The notes below the pieces were generated by a model that worked only from the letters and a program-made list of their open reading frames with translations, had not been told where the DNA came from and searched no databases. 64,000 nucleotides of DNA from Cytophagales bacterium (GTDB lineage: Bacteria > Bacteroidota > Bacteroidia > Cytophagales > JAHDFW01): the NCBI GenBank assembly GCA_020627945.1, contig JAHDFW010000003.1, positions 7,599-71,598 of the forward strand, in the 5' to 3' direction. Shown here one piece after another: positions 20,675 through 28,661 of the stretch. How positions within the stretch are numbered: the first letter of the stretch is position 1; each line of letters begins with the position of its first letter. Made by a program: the position numbers and the translations under genes.

Positions 20675-20682
20675 TACATTTG
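20675..20682 (+). promoter_or_regulatory. Candidate -7 box (TACATTTG) for the ion transporter gene
   Basis: Exact TAnnTTTG match 58 nt upstream of the ATG at 20740. Confidence 0.3.
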
Positions 20683-20739
20683 TCGGGTTAGTATAGAATG
20701 CATTTGTATTCGTTTTTTGTTATAACATAAGTTTAAACG

Positions 20740-22338
20740 ATGAATAAGTATATTTTACTTCTTTTCGGGGCTCTAGTACTATTTGCGAGTCCGGTATTTT
20801 CTAAATCCAATGCTATTAGTTCTGATCAACACGAGGTAGCAAACAACAATTCTGAAAATGTTTCTGGGGAGTTAATCGCCATGAATACATTACAGGATGA
20901 AGGGGGTGTTTCTGCTGGTGAGGAAGAAGCTGGTCATGATGCTGATCATGGTCACCACGCAGAACCAGCAATTTGGTCCATTATTCCTTTTGTACTGTTA
21001 TTATTGCTTATTGCAACTGGTCCACTATTCTTTGAGCATTTTTGGCATAAAAATTACCCAATAGTTGCCATCGCTTTAGGTGCATTGGTAGTAATATATT
21101 ATATCTTCTTCTTACATGACCTCCATCACCCTATCCACGCATTAGCAGAATACGTATCATTTATTGCATTGATATCTTCGTTGTTTATTGCGTCTGGAGG
21201 TATACTTATTAAGATTGATAAGGAAGGTAAACCTATGGTTAACTTTATTTTGCTTGTGTTCGGTGCGTTAATAGCAAACATAATTGGTACTACTGGTGCA
21301 TCCATGTTGCTTATTAGACCGTTTATCCGATTAAACGAAAATCGCGTAAAGCCTTACCACATTGTATTCTTTATTTTCATGGTAAGTAATGTAGGTGGGT
21401 GTCTTACTCCTATTGGTGATCCTCCATTATTCCTTGGATTCTTAAAAGGAGTTGAGTTTTTCTGGACTGTAGAGCACGTTTGGATGCATTGGATTGTGGG
21501 CATTGGACTTTTAGGTCTAATCTTCGTATTCATTGACCGTCGTAATAAAGCTGACTACGATGGTCCTGATTCTCAAATTCAATATTCTGGTAAAATCACC
21601 ATGAAAGGTGCAAGAAACATCCTTTGGTTAGCCGTTGTAATTGGATCTGTATTCCTTGATCCTAACAAGCTTGGTTGGTTGCCAGGAATTATTCAACTAG
21701 ATAATGGTGAAGTATTATTTGGTATTACTGACAACTTAACGGAAGCACAAAACCTTGGGGCAACCAAATTTAGTGTTGTTAGGGAAATAATAATGTTTAC
21801 CGTAGCTATTCTTGCATATAAAACTGCAGACAAAGAATGCTTAAAAGGAAACGAATTCGATTTTGAACCTGTAAAAGAAGTTGCATATATTTTCATCGGT
21901 ATTTTTGCCACCATGATGCCTGCACTTCAGTTGGTAGGAACTTTTGCTACAAACAATGGTTCAATGATTACTGTAGATACATTATACTGGGCTACAGGTG
22001 CTCTTTCTGGAGTTCTTGATAACGCTCCTACTTATTTGAATTTCCTTGCTGCAGGTATGGGTAAAGCTGGTTTAGATATTGGTATTCCTGCTGACGTACA
22101 GTCCTACATGACTGGTGATGGAACGAGTTGGGAATTATTAGCTATTTCGGTTGCTTCAGTATTCTTTGGTGCAATGACCTATATTGGTAATGCTCCAAAC
22201 TTTATGGTAAAATCTATTGCTGAACAAACTGGTATTAAAATGCCTGCATTTGTTAGCTATGTAGTTAAATATTCAGTTCCAATCCTATTGCCAGTTTTAG
22301 CAATTGTTTGGTTGATATTCTTTGTTCTTCTTCGATAG
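20740..22338 (+). CDS. Ion transporter of the ArsB/NhaD/CitMHS permease superfamily (putative sodium:proton antiporter)
   Basis: 532-aa polytopic membrane protein. An N-terminal signal-like segment is followed by an acidic, His-rich stretch. Hydrophobic repeats and the PIGDPPLFLGF and DNAPTYL motifs resemble NhaD-type permeases. Confidence 0.6.
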   Translation: MNKYILLLFGALVLFASPVFSKSNAISSDQHEVANNNSENVSGELIAMNTLQDEGGVSAGEEEAGHDADHGHHAEPAIWSIIPFVLLLLLIATGPLFFEHFWHKNYPIVAIALGALVVIYYIFFLHDLHHPIHALAEYVSFIALISSLFIASGGILIKIDKEGKPMVNFILLVFGALIANIIGTTGASMLLIRPFIRLNENRVKPYHIVFFIFMVSNVGGCLTPIGDPPLFLGFLKGVEFFWTVEHVWMHWIVGIGLLGLIFVFIDRRNKADYDGPDSQIQYSGKITMKGARNILWLAVVIGSVFLDPNKLGWLPGIIQLDNGEVLFGITDNLTEAQNLGATKFSVVREIIMFTVAILAYKTADKECLKGNEFDFEPVKEVAYIFIGIFATMMPALQLVGTFATNNGSMITVDTLYWATGALSGVLDNAPTYLNFLAAGMGKAGLDIGIPADVQSYMTGDGTSWELLAISVASVFFGAMTYIGNAPNFMVKSIAEQTGIKMPAFVSYVVKYSVPILLPVLAIVWLIFFVLLR

Positions 22339-22356
22339 AACACTAAAACAGAATTG

Positions 22357-22387
22357 AAAGCGAAGCTCAAAAGGCTTCGCTTTTTTT
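22357..22387 (+). terminator. Rho-independent terminator after the transporter gene
   Basis: Perfect 10-bp stem aaagcgaagc / gcttcgcttt with a 7-nt loop, then a T7 run (22381-22387). Confidence 0.75.
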
Positions 22388-22446
22388 ATGTCCATAGTGT
22401 AACAATTCTAAAACCTTGGAGTTATATAAGAAATAAGAAACGCCTC

Positions 22447-23346
22447 ATGAATAATAAATGCACTAAAACTTTGACTCTTGGTATCATTGCCTGTGTTTTT
22501 GGTTTATCAAGCTGTCAATCACAATCCCCTGCTAATTCAAAACCTGAATCGGTTCAAACTCATTCTGAAAATCCTAATCAAGAAAAATCAGTTATAATAG
22601 ATAACGAAAGTGGGTTAAAATTATCTACACGTTTCACCCCTCCAAAAGACTATGTTCGTACTAACATTAGTTCAGACGGATTTGGCAACTACCTAAGGCA
22701 TCTTCCTTTAAAACCATTCGGTGTTGAAGCAAAACTATACAATGGTTCTACTATTCCTATGTACGGATACATTGGTGTAGTGGATTTACCAATTGGCAAA
22801 AAAGATCTTCACCAGTGTGCAGATGCCGTAATGCATCTTAGAGCACGATATTTTTACGAAAAAGAGCAACACGACTCAATTCAGTTCAATTTCACCAATG
22901 GTATGGCTGTCAATTATGGTAAATGGAAACAAGGTTATAGAATAAAAATTTCAGGAAATAATACCAGTTGGGTCAAACGAGCTTCGGCCGAATCTAATGA
23001 ATCTGTTTTTTGGAATTATCTTGAAATGATTTTCATGTATGCGGGAACATTATCTCTGTCCAAAGAGTTAAAAGCGAGAGATCCTCAAAAGATGCAAATT
23101 GGGGACGTGTTTATTCAAGGAGGAAGTCCAGGGCATGCCATAATTGTCCTTGATATGGCTGTAAATCCAAAAACGGGTAATAAAGTGTTCATGCTTGGCC
23201 AAAGTTATATGCCTGCTCGAGAAATTCAGGTTTTAATCAACCCAAATAATGCTTTAATAAGTCCTTGGTATGAATTAAATTCGTCAGACGATTTGCTTGA
23301 TACTCCAGATTGGACTTTCGATTGGTCGGATCTTAAACATTTTTAA
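22447..23346 (+). CDS. Lipoprotein of unknown function (resembles the DUF4846 family from memory)
   Basis: Start moved to MNNKCTKTLTLGIIACVFGLSSCQ, which has a lipobox LSSC. The track start at 22354 is a TTG inside the upstream terminator. The family name is from recall only and is unverified. Confidence 0.55.
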   Translation: MNNKCTKTLTLGIIACVFGLSSCQSQSPANSKPESVQTHSENPNQEKSVIIDNESGLKLSTRFTPPKDYVRTNISSDGFGNYLRHLPLKPFGVEAKLYNGSTIPMYGYIGVVDLPIGKKDLHQCADAVMHLRARYFYEKEQHDSIQFNFTNGMAVNYGKWKQGYRIKISGNNTSWVKRASAESNESVFWNYLEMIFMYAGTLSLSKELKARDPQKMQIGDVFIQGGSPGHAIIVLDMAVNPKTGNKVFMLGQSYMPAREIQVLINPNNALISPWYELNSSDDLLDTPDWTFDWSDLKHF

Positions 23347-23352
23347 TGCACG

Positions 23353-24015
23353 ATGCTTAAAAAAATATTTAACGTTTTTAAAAAGATTGCTAAAAAGTCG
23401 TTTTTGGGACTTCTTATTTTAGTAAGCATGGTACTGATGTCCAACATTTGGATAACTCAAAGCACCAAAAAGCAAATATTTGATTCTGTAGAGGCAATTC
23501 CTATCAACGATGTTGGGTTAGTTCTTGGAACTAGTAAAAGAACCAGAAGAAACACAGTTAATTACTATTTTAAAAATCGCATGGAGGCTGCGGCTAAACT
23601 TTATCATGCAGGAAAAATTAAACACATTCTGGTAAGTGGAGATAATCATACGATTTACTATGATGAAGCTACTGACATGAAAAACTATCTGATTCAATTG
23701 GGAATACCTGCTAACAAAATCACCTTGGATTATGCTGGTTTTCGCACTTTAGATTCTGTTGTAAGAGCGAAAAAAGTTTTTGGACAGAAGAAGTTGACCA
23801 TTATTTCTCAGAATTTCCATAACCAACGAGCAGTATTTCTAGCCAATAAAAATAAAATAGACGCCATTGCCTTTGATGCAAAAGAGGTGTCATCGAATAT
23901 TGACAAAAAGACCAAATTTCGAGAGTATCTTGCTAAATTCAAGGCTGTATTAGACATTTACGTACTTTTCACAAAGCCAAAATTTCTTGGAAAGAAAATT
24001 GACATTACGGTCTGA
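23353..24015 (+). CDS. sanA: SanA/YdcF (DUF218) family envelope protein
   Basis: 220 aa with an N-terminal membrane anchor. Motifs GLVLGTSK, LVSGDNH..YYDE, DYAGFRTLDSVVRAKKVF and SQNFHNQRA match SanA. Confidence 0.8.
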   Translation: MLKKIFNVFKKIAKKSFLGLLILVSMVLMSNIWITQSTKKQIFDSVEAIPINDVGLVLGTSKRTRRNTVNYYFKNRMEAAAKLYHAGKIKHILVSGDNHTIYYDEATDMKNYLIQLGIPANKITLDYAGFRTLDSVVRAKKVFGQKKLTIISQNFHNQRAVFLANKNKIDAIAFDAKEVSSNIDKKTKFREYLAKFKAVLDIYVLFTKPKFLGKKIDITV

Positions 24016-24051
24016 TTTAAATTAGGAATCTAGCCAATCTTTGTTAATTCT

Positions 24052-24081
24052 TTTGTTATACCACAAATCCCCTTAAATTTG
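24052..24081 (+). promoter_or_regulatory. Candidate Bacteroidota sigma-A promoter for lpd: TTTG (-33) - 18 nt - TAAATTTG (-7)
   Basis: TTTG at 24052-24055 and TAAATTTG at 24074-24081, 63 nt upstream of the ATG at 24145. Confidence 0.4.
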
Positions 24082-24144
24082 TCTGCCCATCGGATAACCG
24101 TATGGGTTTCTAAATGAAGGTTTAACAAAAGAACAATAAATATT

Positions 24145-25539
24145 ATGTCTGCAAAATACGACTTAATGGTAGTAGGAAGTGGCCCTGGAGGATATGTGGC
24201 TGCTATCCGAGCTTCTCAATTGGGATTGAAAGTTGCGGTGGTTGAGAAAGCTGAATTAGGAGGAATTTGCCTTAACTGGGGATGTATTCCAACCAAAGCG
24301 CTTCTAAAAAGTGCACAGGTTTTCGAATATATGAGCCACGCTGAAGATTTCGGAATTTCTGTTTCTAACGCTAAAGTAGAATTTGATAAGGTTGTCAAAA
24401 GAAGCCGTGACGTTGCAGGTGGAATGAGTAACGGAATTCAGTACTTGTTCAAGAAAAACAAAATTGAGGTAGTCAAAGGTTTTGGTAAGGTGTTAGGTTC
24501 TAAGAAACTTGAAGTTACTGACGACAAGGGGAACAAAACTACCTATACTCCTGACCATATCATCCTTGCTACAGGTGCTCGTTCTAGAGAGTTGCCAAAT
24601 CTTCCTATTGATGGTAAGAAAATTATTGGTTACCGTGAGGCGATGTCTTTAGCTAAGCAACCAAAATCTATGATCGTAGTTGGATCAGGAGCTATTGGAG
24701 TTGAGTTTGCTTACTTTTACAATGCTATAGGTACAGATGTAACAATCGTAGAATATATGCCTAACATCGTTCCTGTTGAGGACGTAGATGTATCTAAACA
24801 ATTAGCTAGATCATTCAAAAAACAAGGAATCAATATAATGACTGATTCTTCTGTTGAGAAAGTAGATACTAAAGGAAGTAAATGCAAAGTAACTGTTAAA
24901 ACTAAGAAAGGAGAAGAGATTCTTGAGACTGACGTCGTACTTTCTGCAGTTGGAATCCAAACTAACCTTGAAGGAATAGGATTGGAAGAAGCTGGAATAA
25001 AACATGAAAAAGGTAAAGTTTTAGTTGACGAACACTACAAAACGAATGTACCGGGTGTGTATGCAATTGGAGATATTGTTCACGGACCTGCATTGGCTCA
25101 CGTAGCAAGTGCTGAAGGTATAATCTGTGTAGAACAAATTACGGGTCATAACCCAGAACCGTTAGATTACGGAAATATTCCTGGATGTACTTACTGTTCA
25201 CCAGAAGTTGCATCTGTTGGAATGACTGAGAAAGCTGCAAAAGAAGCTGGTTATGAAGTTAAGGTTGGTAAATTCCCATTCTCAGCATCTGGTAAAGCAA
25301 GTGCTGCAGGCCACAAAGATGGGTTTGTAAAAGTTATCTTTGATGCTAAATACGGTGAATGGTTAGGTTGCCACATGATTGGTTACAACGTAACTGAAAT
25401 GATTGCTGAAGCTGTTGTTGCTCGTAAACTAGAAACCACTGGACATGAAATAATTAAGTCTGTTCATCCTCACCCAACTATGAGTGAAGCTGTGATGGAA
25501 GCTGCCGCGGCTGCTTACGACGAAGTAATTCATATCTAG
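24145..25539 (+). CDS. lpdA: Dihydrolipoyl dehydrogenase (E3)
   Basis: 464 aa. FAD-binding motif GSGPGGY, redox-active disulfide GGICLNWGCIPTK, and C-terminal HPHPTMSE interface motif. Confidence 0.93.
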   Translation: MSAKYDLMVVGSGPGGYVAAIRASQLGLKVAVVEKAELGGICLNWGCIPTKALLKSAQVFEYMSHAEDFGISVSNAKVEFDKVVKRSRDVAGGMSNGIQYLFKKNKIEVVKGFGKVLGSKKLEVTDDKGNKTTYTPDHIILATGARSRELPNLPIDGKKIIGYREAMSLAKQPKSMIVVGSGAIGVEFAYFYNAIGTDVTIVEYMPNIVPVEDVDVSKQLARSFKKQGINIMTDSSVEKVDTKGSKCKVTVKTKKGEEILETDVVLSAVGIQTNLEGIGLEEAGIKHEKGKVLVDEHYKTNVPGVYAIGDIVHGPALAHVASAEGIICVEQITGHNPEPLDYGNIPGCTYCSPEVASVGMTEKAAKEAGYEVKVGKFPFSASGKASAAGHKDGFVKVIFDAKYGEWLGCHMIGYNVTEMIAEAVVARKLETTGHEIIKSVHPHPTMSEAVMEAAAAAYDEVIHI

Positions 25540-25565
25540 GGTACAGGTAAAATTATATACGTATT

Positions 25566-25601
25566 AAAAGGCTGATTCATTAAGAGTCAGCCTTTTCGTT
25601 T
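25566..25601. terminator. Rho-independent terminator between convergent lpd and the PrsW-like gene
   Basis: Stem ggctgattc / gagtcagcc (9 bp, one G-U pair) with a 5-nt loop. It has an A4 run on the 5' side and TTTTCGTTTTT on the 3' side. Confidence 0.65.
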
Positions 25602-25680
25602 TTAAAGCCTCAATTTATTTAACGTGATTTCGGGATAATAATTTTGTCAGAGTTCTTATTTCGAACTCACGTTATTTTAT

Positions 25681-27018
25681 CTAATAAGGCTTTATATACG
25701 CCCACTCTACAAAGGTAAATTTCTTCTTATCTTTTCGATTGTGCTTAACATCATAAGCCTTATCGTGCTTAAGAATAGCTACTATTGGATATTGCTCCTT
25801 ATACAAAATAGGCTTTCTTCTTTTAGGCTTTAACAGGATTCTAGCCGAAGGAGAGTCTTTGTTATCTTTGTATAGCCTAGTTTTATAAAACGACTGATCT
25901 CCTTGCAAAAATGCTTTACCATCGATAAAGGCTAATTTGTTCTTCTTAATCTTAGTTTTGGACATATTCATAGGAAGTAGATAGAAATACTCTTCGTAAT
26001 AACTACTTATATGAGCATCGTTATACGATTCCCCTTTAATCTTTATAAAAAACGAACCCGAACCTTCATCATAAGAGTCTTTTGATACAATGGAAAATGG
26101 AAGTTCTGGTACGAAAGGATTCCATCTTCCTTTAATAAGTTTAAATCTACTTAGTCGCAAACACACCACAACAATGATAAAGCCATTCATTAGCAGCCCG
26201 GATAAAAGCGTACCTATCGCTCTCATTTTACCTTCAGTGAACATAACCAATATCACTTGAGTCAGAAGTACTATCGCATAATACATCAACAACCTTTCAG
26301 AAACTCTCCTTGAGTTAATGACACGTTTATATGTGAAGTAATTGGAGTTATTTAGACAGTTGTTGAGGATTACCATAAAGAATGATAACGTAGCCATAAA
26401 GTAAACTAGCATCACCAAGTAACCCAAGATTCCAAACGCTTCGTGGATTAAAAGGAAATCGTAAATACCATGAGACAAACTAGCCAGAAAGAAGAACAGA
26501 GGTATTACCCAAATGCCATGTTGCTTGGATCGATACTTAAACAACACTATTCCGTAACCTATTAAGGCGGTATCGAACATATGTCCTACTGTAGATAGTA
26601 TCGCTCTACCTTCAATAATCTCAGCACCGTGTCTATCAAAATACATTACGTTTTCTATTGCTGAAAAGCCCAAAGCAGCTGTACAGAAAAATGAAACATA
26701 GTCGATAGGGTCCGTAAAAAGCTTTTTCCTAAAGAGAAGTACTAACAAGAACGGTGTCGATTTGGCAAATTCCTCTAACATTCCAATTCCGAAAGTGCAA
26801 TACAAAAAGTCATTAATAAAACCTCCGTTTATATCCCACCCTGTATCATCCAAAAACCAATCATGTATTCCGAGTACAAGTTGAGTGGAACACCCCCCTA
26901 AAGCAAAGGCAAGAATAAAAAACCAAACACTCTCTCGGTCATAAACATCAATTAGACGGTAATAATCTACCCAAATCCATGCAATGAAAAACGCAACTAC
27001 TATGTACACCAAAATCAT
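25681..27018 (-). CDS. PrsW-family intramembrane protease-like protein with a C-terminal Lys-rich soluble extension of about 190 aa
   Basis: Start moved to MILVYIVVAFF (27018). Motifs EEFAK, a His in GHMFD and HGIYDF lie within multiple TM segments, as in PrsW. The C-terminal extension has no motif I recognise. Confidence 0.6.
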   Translation of the reverse strand: MILVYIVVAFFIAWIWVDYYRLIDVYDRESVWFFILAFALGGCSTQLVLGIHDWFLDDTGWDINGGFINDFLYCTFGIGMLEEFAKSTPFLLVLLFRKKLFTDPIDYVSFFCTAALGFSAIENVMYFDRHGAEIIEGRAILSTVGHMFDTALIGYGIVLFKYRSKQHGIWVIPLFFFLASLSHGIYDFLLIHEAFGILGYLVMLVYFMATLSFFMVILNNCLNNSNYFTYKRVINSRRVSERLLMYYAIVLLTQVILVMFTEGKMRAIGTLLSGLLMNGFIIVVVCLRLSRFKLIKGRWNPFVPELPFSIVSKDSYDEGSGSFFIKIKGESYNDAHISSYYEEYFYLLPMNMSKTKIKKNKLAFIDGKAFLQGDQSFYKTRLYKDNKDSPSARILLKPKRRKPILYKEQYPIVAILKHDKAYDVKHNRKDKKKFTFVEWAYIKPY

Positions 27019-27104
27019 ATAAGGCACAATATAACAACTAAATTGAAAATAGTAGAGGTTGGACCCGAGCAATATACTTACTTGCAAATTTGCATTAGAT
27101 TGAA

Positions 27105-27112
27105 TACATTTG
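27105..27112 (+). promoter_or_regulatory. Candidate -7 box (TACATTTG) upstream of the ygiD-like gene
   Basis: Exact TAnnTTTG match 14 nt before the TTG at 27127 and 68 nt before the ATG at 27181. Confidence 0.3.
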
Positions 27113-27126
27113 TTTAAACAAATATT

Positions 27127-28008
27127 TTGAATAGAAGAAAAGCCATACAATTAATTACCTCTTTTACTGGAGGGTTATTCATGAATCAAATATCAGAAGC
27201 ATCTAACTTCCTCAATGGCCTACCAAAAATGGATTATACGTTTCCAATTCTTTTTATGGGGCATGGCAACCCTATGAATGCTGTCGAGGACAATAGTTTT
27301 ACCCGAGGTTGGGCAAATGCCGTGAAAAACCTACCAACACCAAAAGCAATCGTCTGTATTTCAGCACACTGGGAAACAAAAGGAACTAAGGTTACAGCAA
27401 TGGAGCAACCTAAGATGATTTATGATATGTATGGTTTTCCTCAACATCTCTATGAGGTAAAATATAATGCTCCTGGCCACCCTATGTTGGCACAAGAAAT
27501 TAAGAATAACGTCACTTCAACTAATATAAACTTAGATCATGATTGGGGGTTCGATCATGGAACTTGGTCTGTATTAGTCAAAATGTTCCCAGAAGCGAAT
27601 ATTCCATGTATTCAGTTAAGTTTAGATCGAACTAGGGATCTCAATTATCATTATCAGCTAGCTCAAGAGTTGCAAAAATTCCGCAACAAGGGAGTTTTGT
27701 TTGTCGCTAGTGGCAACATTGTCCATAACCTTCGAGTTATTATGCGTACTGGTAATAAATCTACCGATTGGGCACAGGAATTTGATCAAAAAATTGCTTC
27801 CTTAATCACTGACGGAAATCATACTCCAATTATAAATTATAAAAAACTAGGTCAAGCGGCTGAACTAAGTGTGAATTCGGCTGAGCATTACATACCTCTT
27901 ATTTATGCTCTTGGATTGAGGAAAAGGAACGAAGAGGCCTCCTTTTTCAACCATAATCAATATCAGGATTTGATGAGTATGGGAATGCGTTGCGTAAGAA
28001 TTGGTTAA
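27127..28008 (+). CDS. ygiD: Class III extradiol ring-cleavage dioxygenase (4,5-DOPA dioxygenase, YgiD-like)
   Basis: Motifs LFMGHGNPMNA, ISAHWET, DHGTWSVL and GNIVHNL. The start is uncertain. TTG at 27127 would give a Tat-like MNRRKAIQL leader, whereas ATG at 27181 gives a 275-aa protein. Confidence 0.8.
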   Translation: MNRRKAIQLITSFTGGLFMNQISEASNFLNGLPKMDYTFPILFMGHGNPMNAVEDNSFTRGWANAVKNLPTPKAIVCISAHWETKGTKVTAMEQPKMIYDMYGFPQHLYEVKYNAPGHPMLAQEIKNNVTSTNINLDHDWGFDHGTWSVLVKMFPEANIPCIQLSLDRTRDLNYHYQLAQELQKFRNKGVLFVASGNIVHNLRVIMRTGNKSTDWAQEFDQKIASLITDGNHTPIINYKKLGQAAELSVNSAEHYIPLIYALGLRKRNEEASFFNHNQYQDLMSMGMRCVRIG

Positions 28009-28652
28009 TTAAAAACTCGCTTTCTACATACGTCGCATAAATTCAAATTCACAGCATCGATAGTACTAATTTTCTCTGCGGCTGAACGCATAAAACAACT
28101 TTGATCATTTTCACAATGTGACAAACCTAAATTATGCCCTATTTCATGCAACGCAACTTTTTTAAGTCTAAGTATTGTTTGGGTTTCATTCTTCCCGTTT
28201 AATCTAAAATCCGAAATCACGCACGATGGGCCGGGTCTATATCCTAACCCAAAAATACCCCAATCCAAATACTTACTTTTAGGTTCTTTAACTTGACCTA
28301 ATGGACCACGTTTAGTGGATGATATATCGTGACTTGTATAGGCTAAAATCAAATCTACACTATCCGGCTTAATGGATTTTAAATGTTTAATAATTGAATC
28401 TGCTCTGTATCTAGGACTTTTAATGTTCACAAAAAATTCCTTAGGCATAGGTTTAGGTTCATAAACCTCTACTTCAACTCCGTAATATTGTATTATTGCT
28501 TCTTTAACTTGGTTCAAGCGATCAGCATTATACTTACCTAAGCATTGAATTGCAATTCGCTGAGGTTTGGTAACCCTGTAAAAATAATAGTAGGACACTG
28601 CTCCAATTCCGCAGAATATTAACAATGCTATAATGAATAATAAGCGTTTCAT
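28005..28652 (-). CDS. Archaemetzincin-like zinc metallopeptidase with N-terminal membrane anchor or signal
   Basis: HEIGHNLGLSHC ... CFM ... CDVC matches the archaemetzincin pattern HExxHxxGxxHC...CxM...CxxC. The N-terminus is MKRLLFIIALLIFCGIGAVSYYYF. Confidence 0.7.
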   Translation of the reverse strand: MKRLLFIIALLIFCGIGAVSYYYFYRVTKPQRIAIQCLGKYNADRLNQVKEAIIQYYGVEVEVYEPKPMPKEFFVNIKSPRYRADSIIKHLKSIKPDSVDLILAYTSHDISSTKRGPLGQVKEPKSKYLDWGIFGLGYRPGPSCVISDFRLNGKNETQTILRLKKVALHEIGHNLGLSHCENDQSCFMRSAAEKISTIDAVNLNLCDVCRKRVFN

Positions 28653-28661
28653 TTATTTAAA

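Noticed and set aside
22354-22446. TTG-initiated extension of the lipoprotein ORF (MKAKLKRLRFFYVH...).
   Set aside because: It begins inside the stem of the upstream terminator hairpin. The ATG at 22447 gives a clean lipoprotein signal peptide.
24086-24110. Small stem-loop (cccatcgg-ataa-ccgtatggg) followed by TTT in the predicted lpd leader. I considered it as an attenuator or riboswitch-like element.
   Set aside because: There are only 8 base pairs with a bulge, the T-run is only 3 nt, and I recognise no conserved riboswitch core.
27127-27180. Tat-like leader (MNRRKAIQLITSFTGGLF) on the ygiD-like dioxygenase.
   Set aside because: It is not rejected outright, but it depends on a TTG start only 14 nt after the -7 box. 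The ATG at 27181 gives a normal-length cytoplasmic enzyme. The evidence is insufficient to call export.
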